A stretch of DNA of 64,000 nt from Burkholderiales bacterium (GTDB lineage Bacteria > Pseudomonadota > Gammaproteobacteria > Burkholderiales > JAEUOS01). The stretch is taken from positions 23,408 to 87,407 of the forward strand of contig JBJXGS010000322.1 of the NCBI GenBank assembly GCA_046160545.1. Reading direction: 5' to 3'. A program made the position numbers and the translations under genes. The notes beneath the pieces were generated by a model. That model saw nothing but the letters and a program-made list of their open reading frames with translations, did not search any database and had not been told where the DNA came from. Positions 49,415 to 58,821 of this stretch are shown here, piece by piece (within the stretch, counting starts at the first letter, position 1; every line of letters begins with the position of its first letter).

Positions 49415-51832
49415 ATGAAAGCCATGACCAGCGATAGCCCCGAGAAACTGCAGCTTCCGCTGTTACCCTTGCGGGATGTAGTGGTATTCCCGCATATGGT
49501 GATCCCGCTGTTCGTCGGTCGCCCCAAGTCCATCAAGGCACTCGAATTGGCCATGGAGGCCGGCAAGAGCATCATGCTGGTCGCGCAACGCTCGGCGGCA
49601 AAGGACGAGCCAGATGCCAGCGACATGTACGCCGTTGGCTGCGCGGCGAATATCCTGCAGATGCTCAAGCTCCCCGATGGTACCGTCAAGGTACTCGTGG
49701 AAGGCTCGCAGAGAGCCCGCATTGCCACGATCGCCGATCAGAGCAGCCATTTCGAATGCGACGCGGAGTCGGTCTCTGCCGATTTCGAGACCACCCCCGA
49801 GATCGAAGCGTTGCGGCGCGCCATCGTCCAGCAGTTCGACCAGTATGTGAAGCTCAACAAGAAGATCCCGCCGGAGATACTCACGTCTCTGGGTGGAATC
49901 GATGACGCAGGGCGGCTGGCCGACACCATCGCGGCCCACCTGCCGCTCAAGCTCGAGCAAAAACAGGAAATCCTCGAAATGTTCGACGTGCAGAAGCGCC
50001 TCGAACACCTTTTGTCTGCCCTGGAAGGGGAACTGGACATCCTGCAGGTTGAAAAGCGCATCCGTGGCCGCGTCAAGCGCCAGATGGAGAAAAGCCAGCG
50101 CGAGTACTACCTCAACGAACAGGTAAAGGCTATCCAGAAGGAACTCGGCGAAGGCGAGGAGGGCGCCGACCTGGAGGAGATGGAAAAGCGCATAAAGAAA
50201 GCGCAGATGTCCAAGGAAGCGCGCAAGAAGGCCGAATCCGAATTCAAGAAGCTCAAACTCATGTCACCGATGTCCGCCGAGGCCACGGTGATTCGCAACT
50301 ACATCGATACGCTGTGCAACCTGCCTTGGAAGAAGAAGAGCCGGGTCAACAACGACCTTGCCAATGCGGACAAGGTCTTGAACGAGGACCATTACGGTCT
50401 GGACAAGGTCAAGGAGCGCATCCTCGAATATCTGGCTGTCCAGCAGCGGGTCGACCGGGTCAAGGCGCCGATTCTCTGCCTGGTCGGGCCACCCGGAGTC
50501 GGCAAGACCTCCCTGGGACAGTCCGTGGCTCGCGCCACCAATCGCAAGTTCGTGCGCATGGCGCTGGGCGGTGTTCGCGACGAAGCGGAAATCCGCGGTC
50601 ACCGGCGCACCTACATCGGCTCGATGCCGGGCAAGATCCTGCAGAACATGACCAAGGTAGCAGTACGCAACCCCTTGTTCCTGCTCGATGAAATCGACAA
50701 GATGGGGATGGATTTTCGGGGCGACCCGTCCTCGGCGCTGCTGGAGGTTCTGGACCCGGAACAGAACCACACCTTCGCTGATCACTATGTGGAGGTCGAC
50801 TACGACCTGTCCGAAGTGATGTTCGTCGCCACCGCGAACACCATGAACATCCCGCCGCCGCTGATGGATCGGATGGAAGTCATCCGCCTCTCGGGCTACA
50901 CCGAGGATGAAAAGATCAACATCGCGCAGAAATACCTCCTGCCCAAGCAGATCAAGAACAACGGCCTGAAGGCCGGTGAGATCGGTGTCGCGGAATCTGC
51001 CTTGCGCGACATCGTCCGCTACTACACCCGCGAAGCCGGCGTGCGGGCCCTGGAGCGCGAAATCTCCAAGATCTGCCGCAAGGTCGTCAAGACACTATTG
51101 CTCAAGAAGGGTGAGCAGAAGCGCATCGCTGTCTCGTCCAAGAACCTGGACAAATTCCTGGGCGTGCGCCGGCACACCTTTGGCATCGCCGAGAAGGAAA
51201 ACCAGGTTGGCCAGGTGACGGGCCTCGCGTGGACCGAAGTTGGTGGAGAGCTCTTGACAGTGGAGACCGTAGCCGTCCCCGGCAAGGGTGCCATCACCCG
51301 CACAGGGACCCTGGGCGACGTCATGAAGGAGTCGATTGAAGCCGCCCGTTCGGTGGTGCGCAAACGGGCTCGAACGCTAGGCATCAATGCCGACTTTTAC
51401 GAAAAAATCGACCTGCACATTCACTTGCCGGAAGGTGCCACGCCCAAGGATGGTCCCAGCGCAGGGATTGCGATCACTACCGCACTGGTTTCGGTGCTTA
51501 CCGGGATACCGGTGCGCGCGGATGTCGCCATGACCGGCGAAATCACCTTGCGCGGCGAAGTGCTGGCCATCGGCGGATTGAAGGAAAAATTGCTTGCTGC
51601 ACATCGCGGCGGCATCAAGACGGTGCTGATTCCCGAAGACAACGTCAAGGACCTCCCGGAGATCCCCGACAACATCAAGAATCGGCTGGAAATCGTCCCG
51701 GTCAAATGGATCGACCGCGTGCTTGAGTTGGCTCTCGAACGCGTCCCGGTTGCCTTACCGGACGAGCCGGCAGCCGCTGCTCCTGCGGCGGTGTCGACGC
51801 CACCTGCAACCGAGGCTGCGGTCAAGCACTAG
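49415..51832 (+). CDS. lon: ATP-dependent protease Lon
   Basis: [24 protein letters not shown]-domain, Walker [10 protein letters not shown] and catalytic PKDGPSAG. Confidence 0.97.
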   Translation: MKAMTSDSPEKLQLPLLPLRDVVVFPHMVIPLFVGRPKSIKALELAMEAGKSIMLVAQRSAAKDEPDASDMYAVGCAANILQMLKLPDGTVKVLVEGSQRARIATIADQSSHFECDAESVSADFETTPEIEALRRAIVQQFDQYVKLNKKIPPEILTSLGGIDDAGRLADTIAAHLPLKLEQKQEILEMFDVQKRLEHLLSALEGELDILQVEKRIRGRVKRQMEKSQREYYLNEQVKAIQKELGEGEEGADLEEMEKRIKKAQMSKEARKKAESEFKKLKLMSPMSAEATVIRNYIDTLCNLPWKKKSRVNNDLANADKVLNEDHYGLDKVKERILEYLAVQQRVDRVKAPILCLVGPPGVGKTSLGQSVARATNRKFVRMALGGVRDEAEIRGHRRTYIGSMPGKILQNMTKVAVRNPLFLLDEIDKMGMDFRGDPSSALLEVLDPEQNHTFADHYVEVDYDLSEVMFVATANTMNIPPPLMDRMEVIRLSGYTEDEKINIAQKYLLPKQIKNNGLKAGEIGVAESALRDIVRYYTREAGVRALEREISKICRKVVKTLLLKKGEQKRIAVSSKNLDKFLGVRRHTFGIAEKENQVGQVTGLAWTEVGGELLTVETVAVPGKGAITRTGTLGDVMKESIEAARSVVRKRARTLGINADFYEKIDLHIHLPEGATPKDGPSAGIAITTALVSVLTGIPVRADVAMTGEITLRGEVLAIGGLKEKLLAAHRGGIKTVLIPEDNVKDLPEIPDNIKNRLEIVPVKWIDRVLELALERVPVALPDEPAAAAPAAVSTPPATEAAVKH

Positions 51833-51837
51833 CGCGC

Positions 51838-51880
51838 AAACGCGCCGATGACCCTGGATGGTCCTGCATCGGCGCGTTTT
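51838..51880 (+). terminator. probable rho-independent terminator after lon
   Basis: CGCGCCGATG / CATCGGCGCG 10-bp GC-rich stem (extendable with A/T pairs) and a 16-nt loop, followed by only TTTT. Confidence 0.55.
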
Positions 51881-52004
51881 CCGGAACCAGGTCATTAGCG
51901 ATCGTCAGGCGGCCAGCTTAAGAGTGCGGGGCTCGCTGCCCATCGAGCTTTCGAGTTGTTCCTTTCTCGTGGCTCCGCATGAATTTTATTTAACATAATA
52001 TACA

Positions 52005-52682
52005 TTATTTCTTTTCTGAGGATTCATCCGCACGCGGCTTGCTCTCCGGAGGTTTCATCTTGGCGCGAATCAATTTTGCAATATCAGTATTGCGCGTCAG
52101 TTCGGCCCAGTCTGCGGCAGTCTGGTCCTGATCGTTCTTGACGTCCACATCAGCACCTTCCTCAATCAGAAACTTCACGACTTCAAGGTGCCCACCGCGC
52201 GCTGCCATCATCAACGAAGTTATTCCAGCACTTGAAGAAGAGTCTATATATGCATGATTTTCCAAAAGTATTTCTACTATCTTTCGATGCCCGTTGGCAG
52301 CTGCATAAATCAGCGGTGTCCACCCTGGGTGGTTGATCTGCGCTTCCTTGCCAACCAGGAACTCGACGACAGCCAAGTGACCAGCCAGCGCGGCAAGCAT
52401 CACCGCGGACTCACCGGCGGCATTGCGCCGGTCAATGTCGGCGCGTGCGGCAACCAGGGTCTTGACCACTTCCAGGCTGCCGTAACGAGCCGCCAGATGC
52501 AAGGCCGGCTGCCCGGTGGGATCCACCGTATTGGCATCCATGCCACGCCGCAGGAGCCGCGTCACGGTGCCGACGTCCGCGCGCTTCACGGCATTCAGGA
52601 AATCGTCGTAGGTGTTGGCCAGCGCCGTTCCCTTCCAGGCCAGAAACACGCTTCCCGCCAACAGGAAAACCCGCCGCTTCAT
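52005..52682 (-). CDS. secreted (signal-peptide) ankyrin-repeat protein
   Basis: Signal peptide MKRRVFLLAGSVFLAWKGTALA followed by about five ankyrin repeats (e.g. TPLIYAAANGHRKIVEILLENHAYID). ATGA overlap with tatD. Confidence 0.88.
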   Translation of the reverse strand: MKRRVFLLAGSVFLAWKGTALANTYDDFLNAVKRADVGTVTRLLRRGMDANTVDPTGQPALHLAARYGSLEVVKTLVAARADIDRRNAAGESAVMLAALAGHLAVVEFLVGKEAQINHPGWTPLIYAAANGHRKIVEILLENHAYIDSSSSAGITSLMMAARGGHLEVVKFLIEEGADVDVKNDQDQTAADWAELTRNTDIAKLIRAKMKPPESKPRADESSEKK

Positions 52683-53467
52683 CGTTTGTCCTCCACCAAC
52701 CGTGCCGCCTTGGGAAAAAGCCGAAAAAAGTTCTTGGTCGTTGCTGCGATGATGTCGTCAAGCGCGGTCTCTCGCAGCCCGGCGACTTCCCGAGCCACGT
52801 GCGCCACCAGCGCGGGTTCGTTGGTTTTGCCGCGATGCGGCACCGGCGCCAAGTAGGGTGCGTCGGTCTCAACCAGAACGCTTTCGAGCGGTACCGCCTG
52901 CGCAACCTCTTTCAAGTCCTTGGCATTGCGAAAAGTGACGATGCCGGAAAACGAGATCAGAAAGTTCATATCCATCGCCGCGCGTGCGAATTCGAGGCTC
53001 TCGGTGAAACAGTGCATCACCCCACCCGCTTCATGCGCCTTCTCCTCGCGCAGGATGCGCAGCGTATCCTCGGCGGCGGCGCGGGTATGGACCACCAGCG
53101 GCAGGCCTGCTTCGCGCGCGGCCCGGATGTGGGTGCGAAAGCGGTTGCGCTGCCACTCCAGGTCTCCCGTGAGCCTGTAATAGTCCAATCCGGTCTCGCC
53201 GATGGCGATCGTGCGCTCGTCGGTGGCCAGTTCGACCAGGGTTTGCACATCCGGTTCACGCACGTCCTGGTAGTCGGGGTGCACCCCTACAGTGGCGAAC
53301 AGGTTGTTGCCCTGCGCTACAACATCTCGCACTGCCTGCAGCGCCTCGAGCGTTACCGAGATGCAAACGGCATGGCCGACTCCAGCCTCGGCCATACGCG
53401 CAAGGATACCGGGCAGGTCATCCTTGAAATCGGCAAAGTCGAGATGGCAATGCGAATCGACCAGCAT
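52679..53467 (-). CDS. ycfH: TatD-family metal-dependent hydrolase (YcfH type)
   Basis: ATG at 53467 gives the canonical MLVDSHCHLDF N-terminus. The track's TTG at 53494 would overlap pilZ. Confidence 0.9.
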   Translation of the reverse strand: MLVDSHCHLDFADFKDDLPGILARMAEAGVGHAVCISVTLEALQAVRDVVAQGNNLFATVGVHPDYQDVREPDVQTLVELATDERTIAIGETGLDYYRLTGDLEWQRNRFRTHIRAAREAGLPLVVHTRAAAEDTLRILREEKAHEAGGVMHCFTESLEFARAAMDMNFLISFSGIVTFRNAKDLKEVAQAVPLESVLVETDAPYLAPVPHRGKTNEPALVAHVAREVAGLRETALDDIIAATTKNFFRLFPKAARLVEDKR

Positions 53468-53490
53468 GCCCCGGGCCTGCGGCGCGCCGC

Positions 53491-53862
53491 TCAAAGCGTG
53501 TGCGTCGGCCGCGAAGATTGCAGCGAATTGCCGAGCAGGTTTTCGATCTTGCGACGCGCGTTCTGACCGCTTTCGTCTCCCGAGAACTGCACTCCGACGC
53601 CCTGCTGTTTATTGGCCTGCGCGCCCTGCGGGGTGATCCACGCGACAACCCCCGCGACCGGCAGTTTGGCGGGGTCATCCATGAGCGAGAGCAACATGTA
53701 GACCGGGTCGCCAAGGCGGTACTGCCGCGTGGTGGGAATGAAGAGGCCGCCGTTGCGCAAATGCGGCATGAATGCCGCATAGAGCGCCGACTTCTCCTTG
53801 ATGTTCAGGGAGAGCATGCTCGGGCGGGCGGGAGCGGCCGGTCGGGTCGGACTATCTGACAT
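53491..53862 (-). CDS. pilZ: PilZ-domain protein (type IV pilus assembly PilZ type)
   Basis: 123 aa. SLNIKEKSALYAAFMPHLRNGGLFIPT resembles the xanthomonad/pseudomonad PilZ. holB-pilZ-tatD synteny. Confidence 0.82.
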   Translation of the reverse strand: MSDSPTRPAAPARPSMLSLNIKEKSALYAAFMPHLRNGGLFIPTTRQYRLGDPVYMLLSLMDDPAKLPVAGVVAWITPQGAQANKQQGVGVQFSGDESGQNARRKIENLLGNSLQSSRPTHTL

Positions 53863-53874
53863 TGCGGAAGGACT

Positions 53875-54903
53875 TCAACGCGCGGTTACGCGCGCATAGT
53901 CGATGAAAATTTCCTCTAGAAACAGGCGCACATTGAGCGGATGTTCCGCCGTGCGCCGTCGGCTTACGACCCGACGCAACAAGCCATCTAGCGCCGTCGC
54001 CGGCACGCTACGCGCGATGCGTTCGATGGACTGGGCCTCGCGTGGATGATATCGTACTTTGCCGCCATTGCCGCAGAGCAGCAGATCACTCAGCCAGCGG
54101 CTGGTCCAGAGACAGACGGCCTCGGCCCCCCCCTTTTCGCAGCGTTCCGCCAGCGCCACCGGATCCAGGCGCCCCGGATTCGCCAATCCAGCCACCAGTG
54201 CCTGGCGGAAGTCAGCCGAGCCCTGCTGCTCCAGTGCCAGCAGCGGCGCCCCGCCCGCTTCGGCAAGTGCATCCGAAGCGTTGTCGACACCTTGACCAGC
54301 TAACCAAACCACCGCGCTGGCGACTTCGGGCAAAGGCAGGTCAACACGTGCGCAGCGGCTGCGCAGGGTGGGCAGTACTGCGTCCAGGCGATGGGTGACG
54401 CACACGATCAGGGTATCCGGTGCCGGTTCTTCAAGAGTTTTCAGGAGGCGATTGGCCGACTCCACAGTCAGCGTCTCGCAGGGATAAATGACAGCCACCC
54501 GCGTTCCGCCACGATGGGTACCGACGCTGAAGAAGGAGTCGAGCGCCCTGACCTGCCCGATCTTTATCACCTTGGATGGCGCGCCGCGCGCTGCTATCGG
54601 CCCGTCTTCGGTCTCGCCAGCTTCGCCGTCCGAGGGCGTCTCCGGTGCCATCGATTCAGGCACGACAATACGGCAGTCCGGATGGTTGGACGCCTCGAAC
54701 CACCCGCAAGCGGCACAACTCCCGCATGGCCGTTCGCCCGGGTTGCCTGATTCGCACAGCGTTGCCTGGGCCATGAAGAGCGCAAATTCGAAGCCCCCGA
54801 TTCCGGGAGGGGCGCTCACAAGTACTGCATGGGAGCGGCGATTCGCACCGGCCTGCCATTGCTGCCACGGCCAAAAAAACCATGGAAAAGTTAAATTTTT
54901 CAT
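53875..54903 (-). CDS. holB: DNA polymerase III delta' subunit
   Basis: Zinc-module-like [11 protein letters not shown] and AAA+ clamp-loader layout. tmk-holB synteny with ATGA overlap. Confidence 0.88.
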   Translation of the reverse strand: MKNLTFPWFFWPWQQWQAGANRRSHAVLVSAPPGIGGFEFALFMAQATLCESGNPGERPCGSCAACGWFEASNHPDCRIVVPESMAPETPSDGEAGETEDGPIAARGAPSKVIKIGQVRALDSFFSVGTHRGGTRVAVIYPCETLTVESANRLLKTLEEPAPDTLIVCVTHRLDAVLPTLRSRCARVDLPLPEVASAVVWLAGQGVDNASDALAEAGGAPLLALEQQGSADFRQALVAGLANPGRLDPVALAERCEKGGAEAVCLWTSRWLSDLLLCGNGGKVRYHPREAQSIERIARSVPATALDGLLRRVVSRRRTAEHPLNVRLFLEEIFIDYARVTAR

Positions 54904-55508
54904 ACTGTTGAGAATATTTTATAAACCATTTTCTCAACATCACTGCGTACCTGACCAGCGTCAATGATGACCATACGCTGCTTGGCTCTACGGGCCAGAT
55001 CGAGGTACACCCCACGTACCCGTTCGTGAAATTCAAGCTTCTCACGTTCAAATCGGTCCGGCGCCCTATCCTGCACCAGCCGTTCGCGAGCAATTTTCGG
55101 CTCCACGTCGAATACCAGGGTCAGGTCCGGCTCGAAGCCGGGATGAACCCAGTTTGCCAGAGCCTCGATACGTTCGATGGCCACGCCACGGCCGCCCCCT
55201 TGATACGCACGGGTCGCGTCGGTGAAGCGGTCGCAGAGCACCCAGGCACCGCGTGCAAGCGCCGGCTCGATCACCTGTGCCAGGTGCTCGCGGCGGGCCG
55301 CGAACATGAGCAGGGTCTCGGTATCTAGATGCATGGATTGGTGCAGCAAGAGTTCACGCAGGGCCTCGCCAAGCGGGGTCCCGCCCGGCTCACGTGTGCT
55401 GACGACCTCTAGCCCTCGTGCGGCAAGCTGGCGCTGCGCCGATTCGATATGGCTCGATTTGCCGGCACCATCCAGACCCTCGAAGGTGATGAACTTGCCG
55501 CGCCTCAT
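54900..55508 (-). CDS. tmk: thymidylate kinase
   Basis: ATG at 55508 gives [18 protein letters not shown] (P-loop). The track ORF extension is not needed. Confidence 0.93.
   Translation of the reverse strand: MRRGKFITFEGLDGAGKSSHIESAQRQLAARGLEVVSTREPGGTPLGEALRELLLHQSMHLDTETLLMFAARREHLAQVIEPALARGAWVLCDRFTDATRAYQGGGRGVAIERIEALANWVHPGFEPDLTLVFDVEPKIARERLVQDRAPDRFEREKLEFHERVRGVYLDLARRAKQRMVIIDAGQVRSDVEKMVYKIFSTV
54906..54939 (-). repeat. perfect 9-bp inverted repeat (hairpin) in an AT-rich patch at the tmk 3' end, just before the holB ATG
   Basis: TGTTGAGAA (54906-54914) and TTCTCAACA (54931-54939) flank a 16-nt AT-rich loop. 54881-54940 is about 25% G+C by hand count. Confidence 0.7.
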
Positions 55509-55512
55509 GGCT

Positions 55513-56523
55513 TCAGCCGCCCTGCCTGCGTTGATAGCGATTGACCGCGCGATTGTGCGCTTCGAGGGTTGCCGAAAATTCGTGGGAACCGTCGCCACGG
55601 GATACGAAGTACACCGCGTCGGTGCGTGCAGGGTTGAGCGCTGCCCGCAATGCAGCCTCGCCGGGCAGGGCGATCGGAGTTGGTGGCAGGCCGGCGCGGG
55701 TGTAGGTGTTGTAGGGCGTGTCGGCGAGAAGATCCCGCCGGCGCAGGTTGCCGTCGAAGCGCTCGCCTAGGCCGTAAATGACGGTCGGATCGGTTTGCAA
55801 CAACATGCCGCGCTTCAAGCGGTTGACGAACACGCCCGCGATCAAAGGTCGTTCGCCCGCCTTGCCAGTCTCTTTTTCGATGATCGACGCCAGCACGAGA
55901 GCCTGATACGGGGTCGCCAGAGGAACGCCTGCGGCGCGGTCCTGCCAGGCTGCGGCGAGCCGCTTCTGCATGGCCCGGTAGGCGCGCCTGAGGACCTCGG
56001 TCTCGTCGCTTCCCTTGGCGAACAGGTAGGTGTCCGGAAAAAACAGACCTTCCGGATGCATCTCACTTCCCCCTTCCAGCGCCTGAATGCGGCGCAGCAA
56101 CTCGACATCCTCTAGCGATGCAGTATCGCGACGAATTCCCGGATGAGCATTGAGTGCCACGCGAAACTGGCGAAACGTCCAGCCTTCCGGAACGGTCAAT
56201 TCCTGAAGGGTCACGTCGCCCCGGGTCAATTTGTCGATCAGTTGCTGCGGCGTGATGCCATCGGCGATCTCGTAGCTACCTGCCTTGATGCGCGTATCGC
56301 GGCCATCGAGGCGCGCCAGCAAAACCAGAATTTCTGGAACGACCGGCAGAGCAGACCCGGCCAGGCGCGCTGCCGTTCGCATGCTGGCGCCCCGCGGAAT
56401 GGTCAGATCAACCGCAGTGCGACCCAGGTCCAGCGGATGACGAGCATACCAGTAGAGCCCGCCCACGACCCCGATGGATGTCAAAAAAGCCAGAAAAATC
56501 AGAGCTTTGAGAAGCTTCAGCAT
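55513..56523 (-). CDS. mltG: endolytic murein transglycosylase MltG (YceG family)
   Basis: N-terminal TM and a YceG-like domain (...FFPDTYLF..., ...ASIIEKET...). mltG-tmk synteny. Confidence 0.92.
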   Translation of the reverse strand: MLKLLKALIFLAFLTSIGVVGGLYWYARHPLDLGRTAVDLTIPRGASMRTAARLAGSALPVVPEILVLLARLDGRDTRIKAGSYEIADGITPQQLIDKLTRGDVTLQELTVPEGWTFRQFRVALNAHPGIRRDTASLEDVELLRRIQALEGGSEMHPEGLFFPDTYLFAKGSDETEVLRRAYRAMQKRLAAAWQDRAAGVPLATPYQALVLASIIEKETGKAGERPLIAGVFVNRLKRGMLLQTDPTVIYGLGERFDGNLRRRDLLADTPYNTYTRAGLPPTPIALPGEAALRAALNPARTDAVYFVSRGDGSHEFSATLEAHNRAVNRYQRRQGG

Positions 56524-56601
56524 GACGCGCGCGAAGGTTGCCGGCCGCTATAATAAGCGTCTTCGCCAAGGGGCCCCGGCCGTCAGCCACCACCTTCTCG
56601 C

Positions 56602-57489
56602 ATGAATGCCTTTGCTACACCGTTGCGCGTCCGTCTCGATAACTGGGGCCTGATCCACGTAAGCGGCTCAGATGCTGTCGCCTTTCTGCATGCGCAGTTG
56701 AGCAATGACCTGGCAGCCCTTGGCCCTGATGAGTCGCAGTGGACCGCGTACTTGAGCCCAAAGGGGCGCATGCTGGCAGGATTCCTGGCCTGGCGGGACA
56801 GCGGCGATGGCGTATACCTGTGCGCGGATCGGCGCATCATCCCTGCGCTGGTCAAGCGCCTGTCGATGTTCGTACTGCGGGCAAAAGCCAAGGTCACCGA
56901 CGCTTCAGACGAGCACCTGATTTTCGGGACGCTTGGCGAATCTGGCCCGCCGCCGCATCATCTGGCGCGGGCAGAGGTTTTGCGGATCGGCCTTCCCCCG
57001 GCAGGCGAGGCTACACGCGCTCTTCTTGTCACCCCGGTTGGTGCGGGCAGTTGCGTCACCATTACCGGAGGAGCCGCGTGGGAGCGCGCCATGATCGGTG
57101 CCGGGGAGCCCTGGATCGTTCCGGAAACGCAAGATGCGTTTGTCCCGCAAATGGTCAACTTTGACGCGCTGGGCGGAATCAATTTCCGCAAGGGCTGCTA
57201 CCCGGGTCAGGAGGTCGTGGCGCGGGCGCACTACCGTGGCGCGGTCAAGCGACGCATGGTCAGGGGAAGTGTGCGGGCTCATGCAGCCCCCGGGATGGGC
57301 CTCTTCGGTGCAGATGGCCAGCAATCAGGGACCGTGGTCAACGCCTGTGCGGACGGCACCGGAGGCAGCGAATTGCTTGCGGTCATACCATTGGCCGAAT
57401 TCGGCAGCAACCGGATGCACCTGGGCGCACCTGACGGGGCGTGCCTCATCGAAGCTCCCCTCCCCTACGAGCTGCCCGCGGAAGCATGA
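56602..57489 (+). CDS. ygfZ: folate-binding Fe-S-repair/tRNA-modification protein YgfZ
   Basis: The signature KGCYPGQE is present (FRKGCYPGQEVVAR). Confidence 0.85.
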   Translation: MNAFATPLRVRLDNWGLIHVSGSDAVAFLHAQLSNDLAALGPDESQWTAYLSPKGRMLAGFLAWRDSGDGVYLCADRRIIPALVKRLSMFVLRAKAKVTDASDEHLIFGTLGESGPPPHHLARAEVLRIGLPPAGEATRALLVTPVGAGSCVTITGGAAWERAMIGAGEPWIVPETQDAFVPQMVNFDALGGINFRKGCYPGQEVVARAHYRGAVKRRMVRGSVRAHAAPGMGLFGADGQQSGTVVNACADGTGGSELLAVIPLAEFGSNRMHLGAPDGACLIEAPLPYELPAEA

Positions 57490-57559
57490 CGCCCAAGCTC
57501 GCGATTCTTCCGCCTTTGTCGCTGCCGGGCGTGCAGCTGCGGGTAACCAGGCCTGTGCG

Positions 57560-57856
57560 TTGAACACCCTGGTCGACTATTTCATCTATTACAGGATCGC
57601 TGCGACGACCCAGGCTGAGTATGTTCCCGTAGTGGTGGCGATGCAGTCCGAGGTTCTGCGCCGCACCAGCGTGCGCGGGAGGCTCAAACGCAAGTCAGGC
57701 AGCGATGACACCTGGATGGAGATATATGAAGGTGTGCATCAGCGCCTGCTCTTCGAAGCCACGCTGGCCGACTGCGTGATCCGTTTCGGCTTTGACGCGT
57801 TTCTTGCCGAAGGCGCGCAACGGCACATGGAAGTATTTCACGACCCGCTGGCCTGA
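57560..57856 (+). CDS. DUF4936-like small protein
   Basis: Protein-like only from ...NTLVDYFIYYRIAATT onward. The only nearby in-frame start is TTG 57560 and there is no clear SD. The family name is from memory. Confidence 0.5.
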   Translation: MNTLVDYFIYYRIAATTQAEYVPVVVAMQSEVLRRTSVRGRLKRKSGSDDTWMEIYEGVHQRLLFEATLADCVIRFGFDAFLAEGAQRHMEVFHDPLA

Positions 57857-57862
57857 ATCTCC

Positions 57863-58627
57863 ATGTGCCTGATCGCTTTCGCTCTGGATGCCGTACCGGG
57901 ATATCGCCTGCTGGTCGCTGCCAATCGCGACGAGTTCCATGCCCGTCCGACAGCGCCGGCCGCACGCTGGGACGATGCGCCCGGGGTATTCGCGGGTCGC
58001 GATTTGCGCGATGGCGGCACATGGATGGGACTGGCACAGGGCGGACGATTCGCCGCCCTCACCAATCATCGCAACGGTGCCCCCGCCGAGCGCGCGCCGC
58101 GCTCGCGTGGGCATCTGGTGGCTCAATTCCTGCGCACCGACAGCCAGGCCCGAGCCTACGCCCAGCAGGTCGGCCGTGATCGGCATGCCTACAACGGATT
58201 CAACCTGCTTGTCGCCTGCGAGGCCGACCTCTGGTTTGTCGCCGATGACGAAGCACCGCAGCGGGTCGAGCCGGGACTGCACACCTTGAGCAATGCCAGG
58301 CTGGATACGCCATGGCCCAAGGCCACCGGACTTGCTGCCGACATGGCCTACGCTACGCGCGCCAACGGTGACGAGGACGGGCTTTTCGCCGCTCTATTCG
58401 CGGCACTGGCGGATGCGCGGCCTGCCGCAGATGCCACCTTGCCGGACACCGGCATTGGCATGACCCGCGAGCGTGAATTGTCGCCGCGCATGATCATCAA
58501 CCCGGTCTACGGCACCCGCAGCGCCTGCGTGCTCGCCATTCGCAGCGACGGCACCGCACGCTTTGAAGAAACCAGTTTCGACGCCATCGGACAAGTCACC
58601 GGGCGCGTTGCGGGGGCACCCGGCTAG
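57863..58627 (+). CDS. NRDE-family (TANGO2-like) protein
   Basis: MCLIAFA N-terminus (Cys2) and a literal NRDE motif (VAANRDEF). Confidence 0.8.
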   Translation: MCLIAFALDAVPGYRLLVAANRDEFHARPTAPAARWDDAPGVFAGRDLRDGGTWMGLAQGGRFAALTNHRNGAPAERAPRSRGHLVAQFLRTDSQARAYAQQVGRDRHAYNGFNLLVACEADLWFVADDEAPQRVEPGLHTLSNARLDTPWPKATGLAADMAYATRANGDEDGLFAALFAALADARPAADATLPDTGIGMTRERELSPRMIINPVYGTRSACVLAIRSDGTARFEETSFDAIGQVTGRVAGAPG

Positions 58628-58821
58628 TCGCGCAAATTCGCAAGTGCCACGAGCGACATGTCCGCGGTCGGTTATGCAGGTCGGAATTGCGATAGCGCCC
58701 TGGAGGTGCTATGGCAGAATCGATGCTTCCCTTTCGACGACCGTGACCGGGTCGCCTGAGCCCCAGCAGGGCAAGGCTTAAGAATCGGCCCGCCTGCCGG
58801 CCCCGCTGCGTTACCTCTATC

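Noticed and set aside
51881-52004. Expected hupB or tRNA genes downstream of lon
   Set aside because: No ORF with HU-like sequence and no tRNA-like fold (no GTTCGA T-loop) is present. The spacer is simply non-coding and runs into the ankyrin gene's AT-rich 3' flank.
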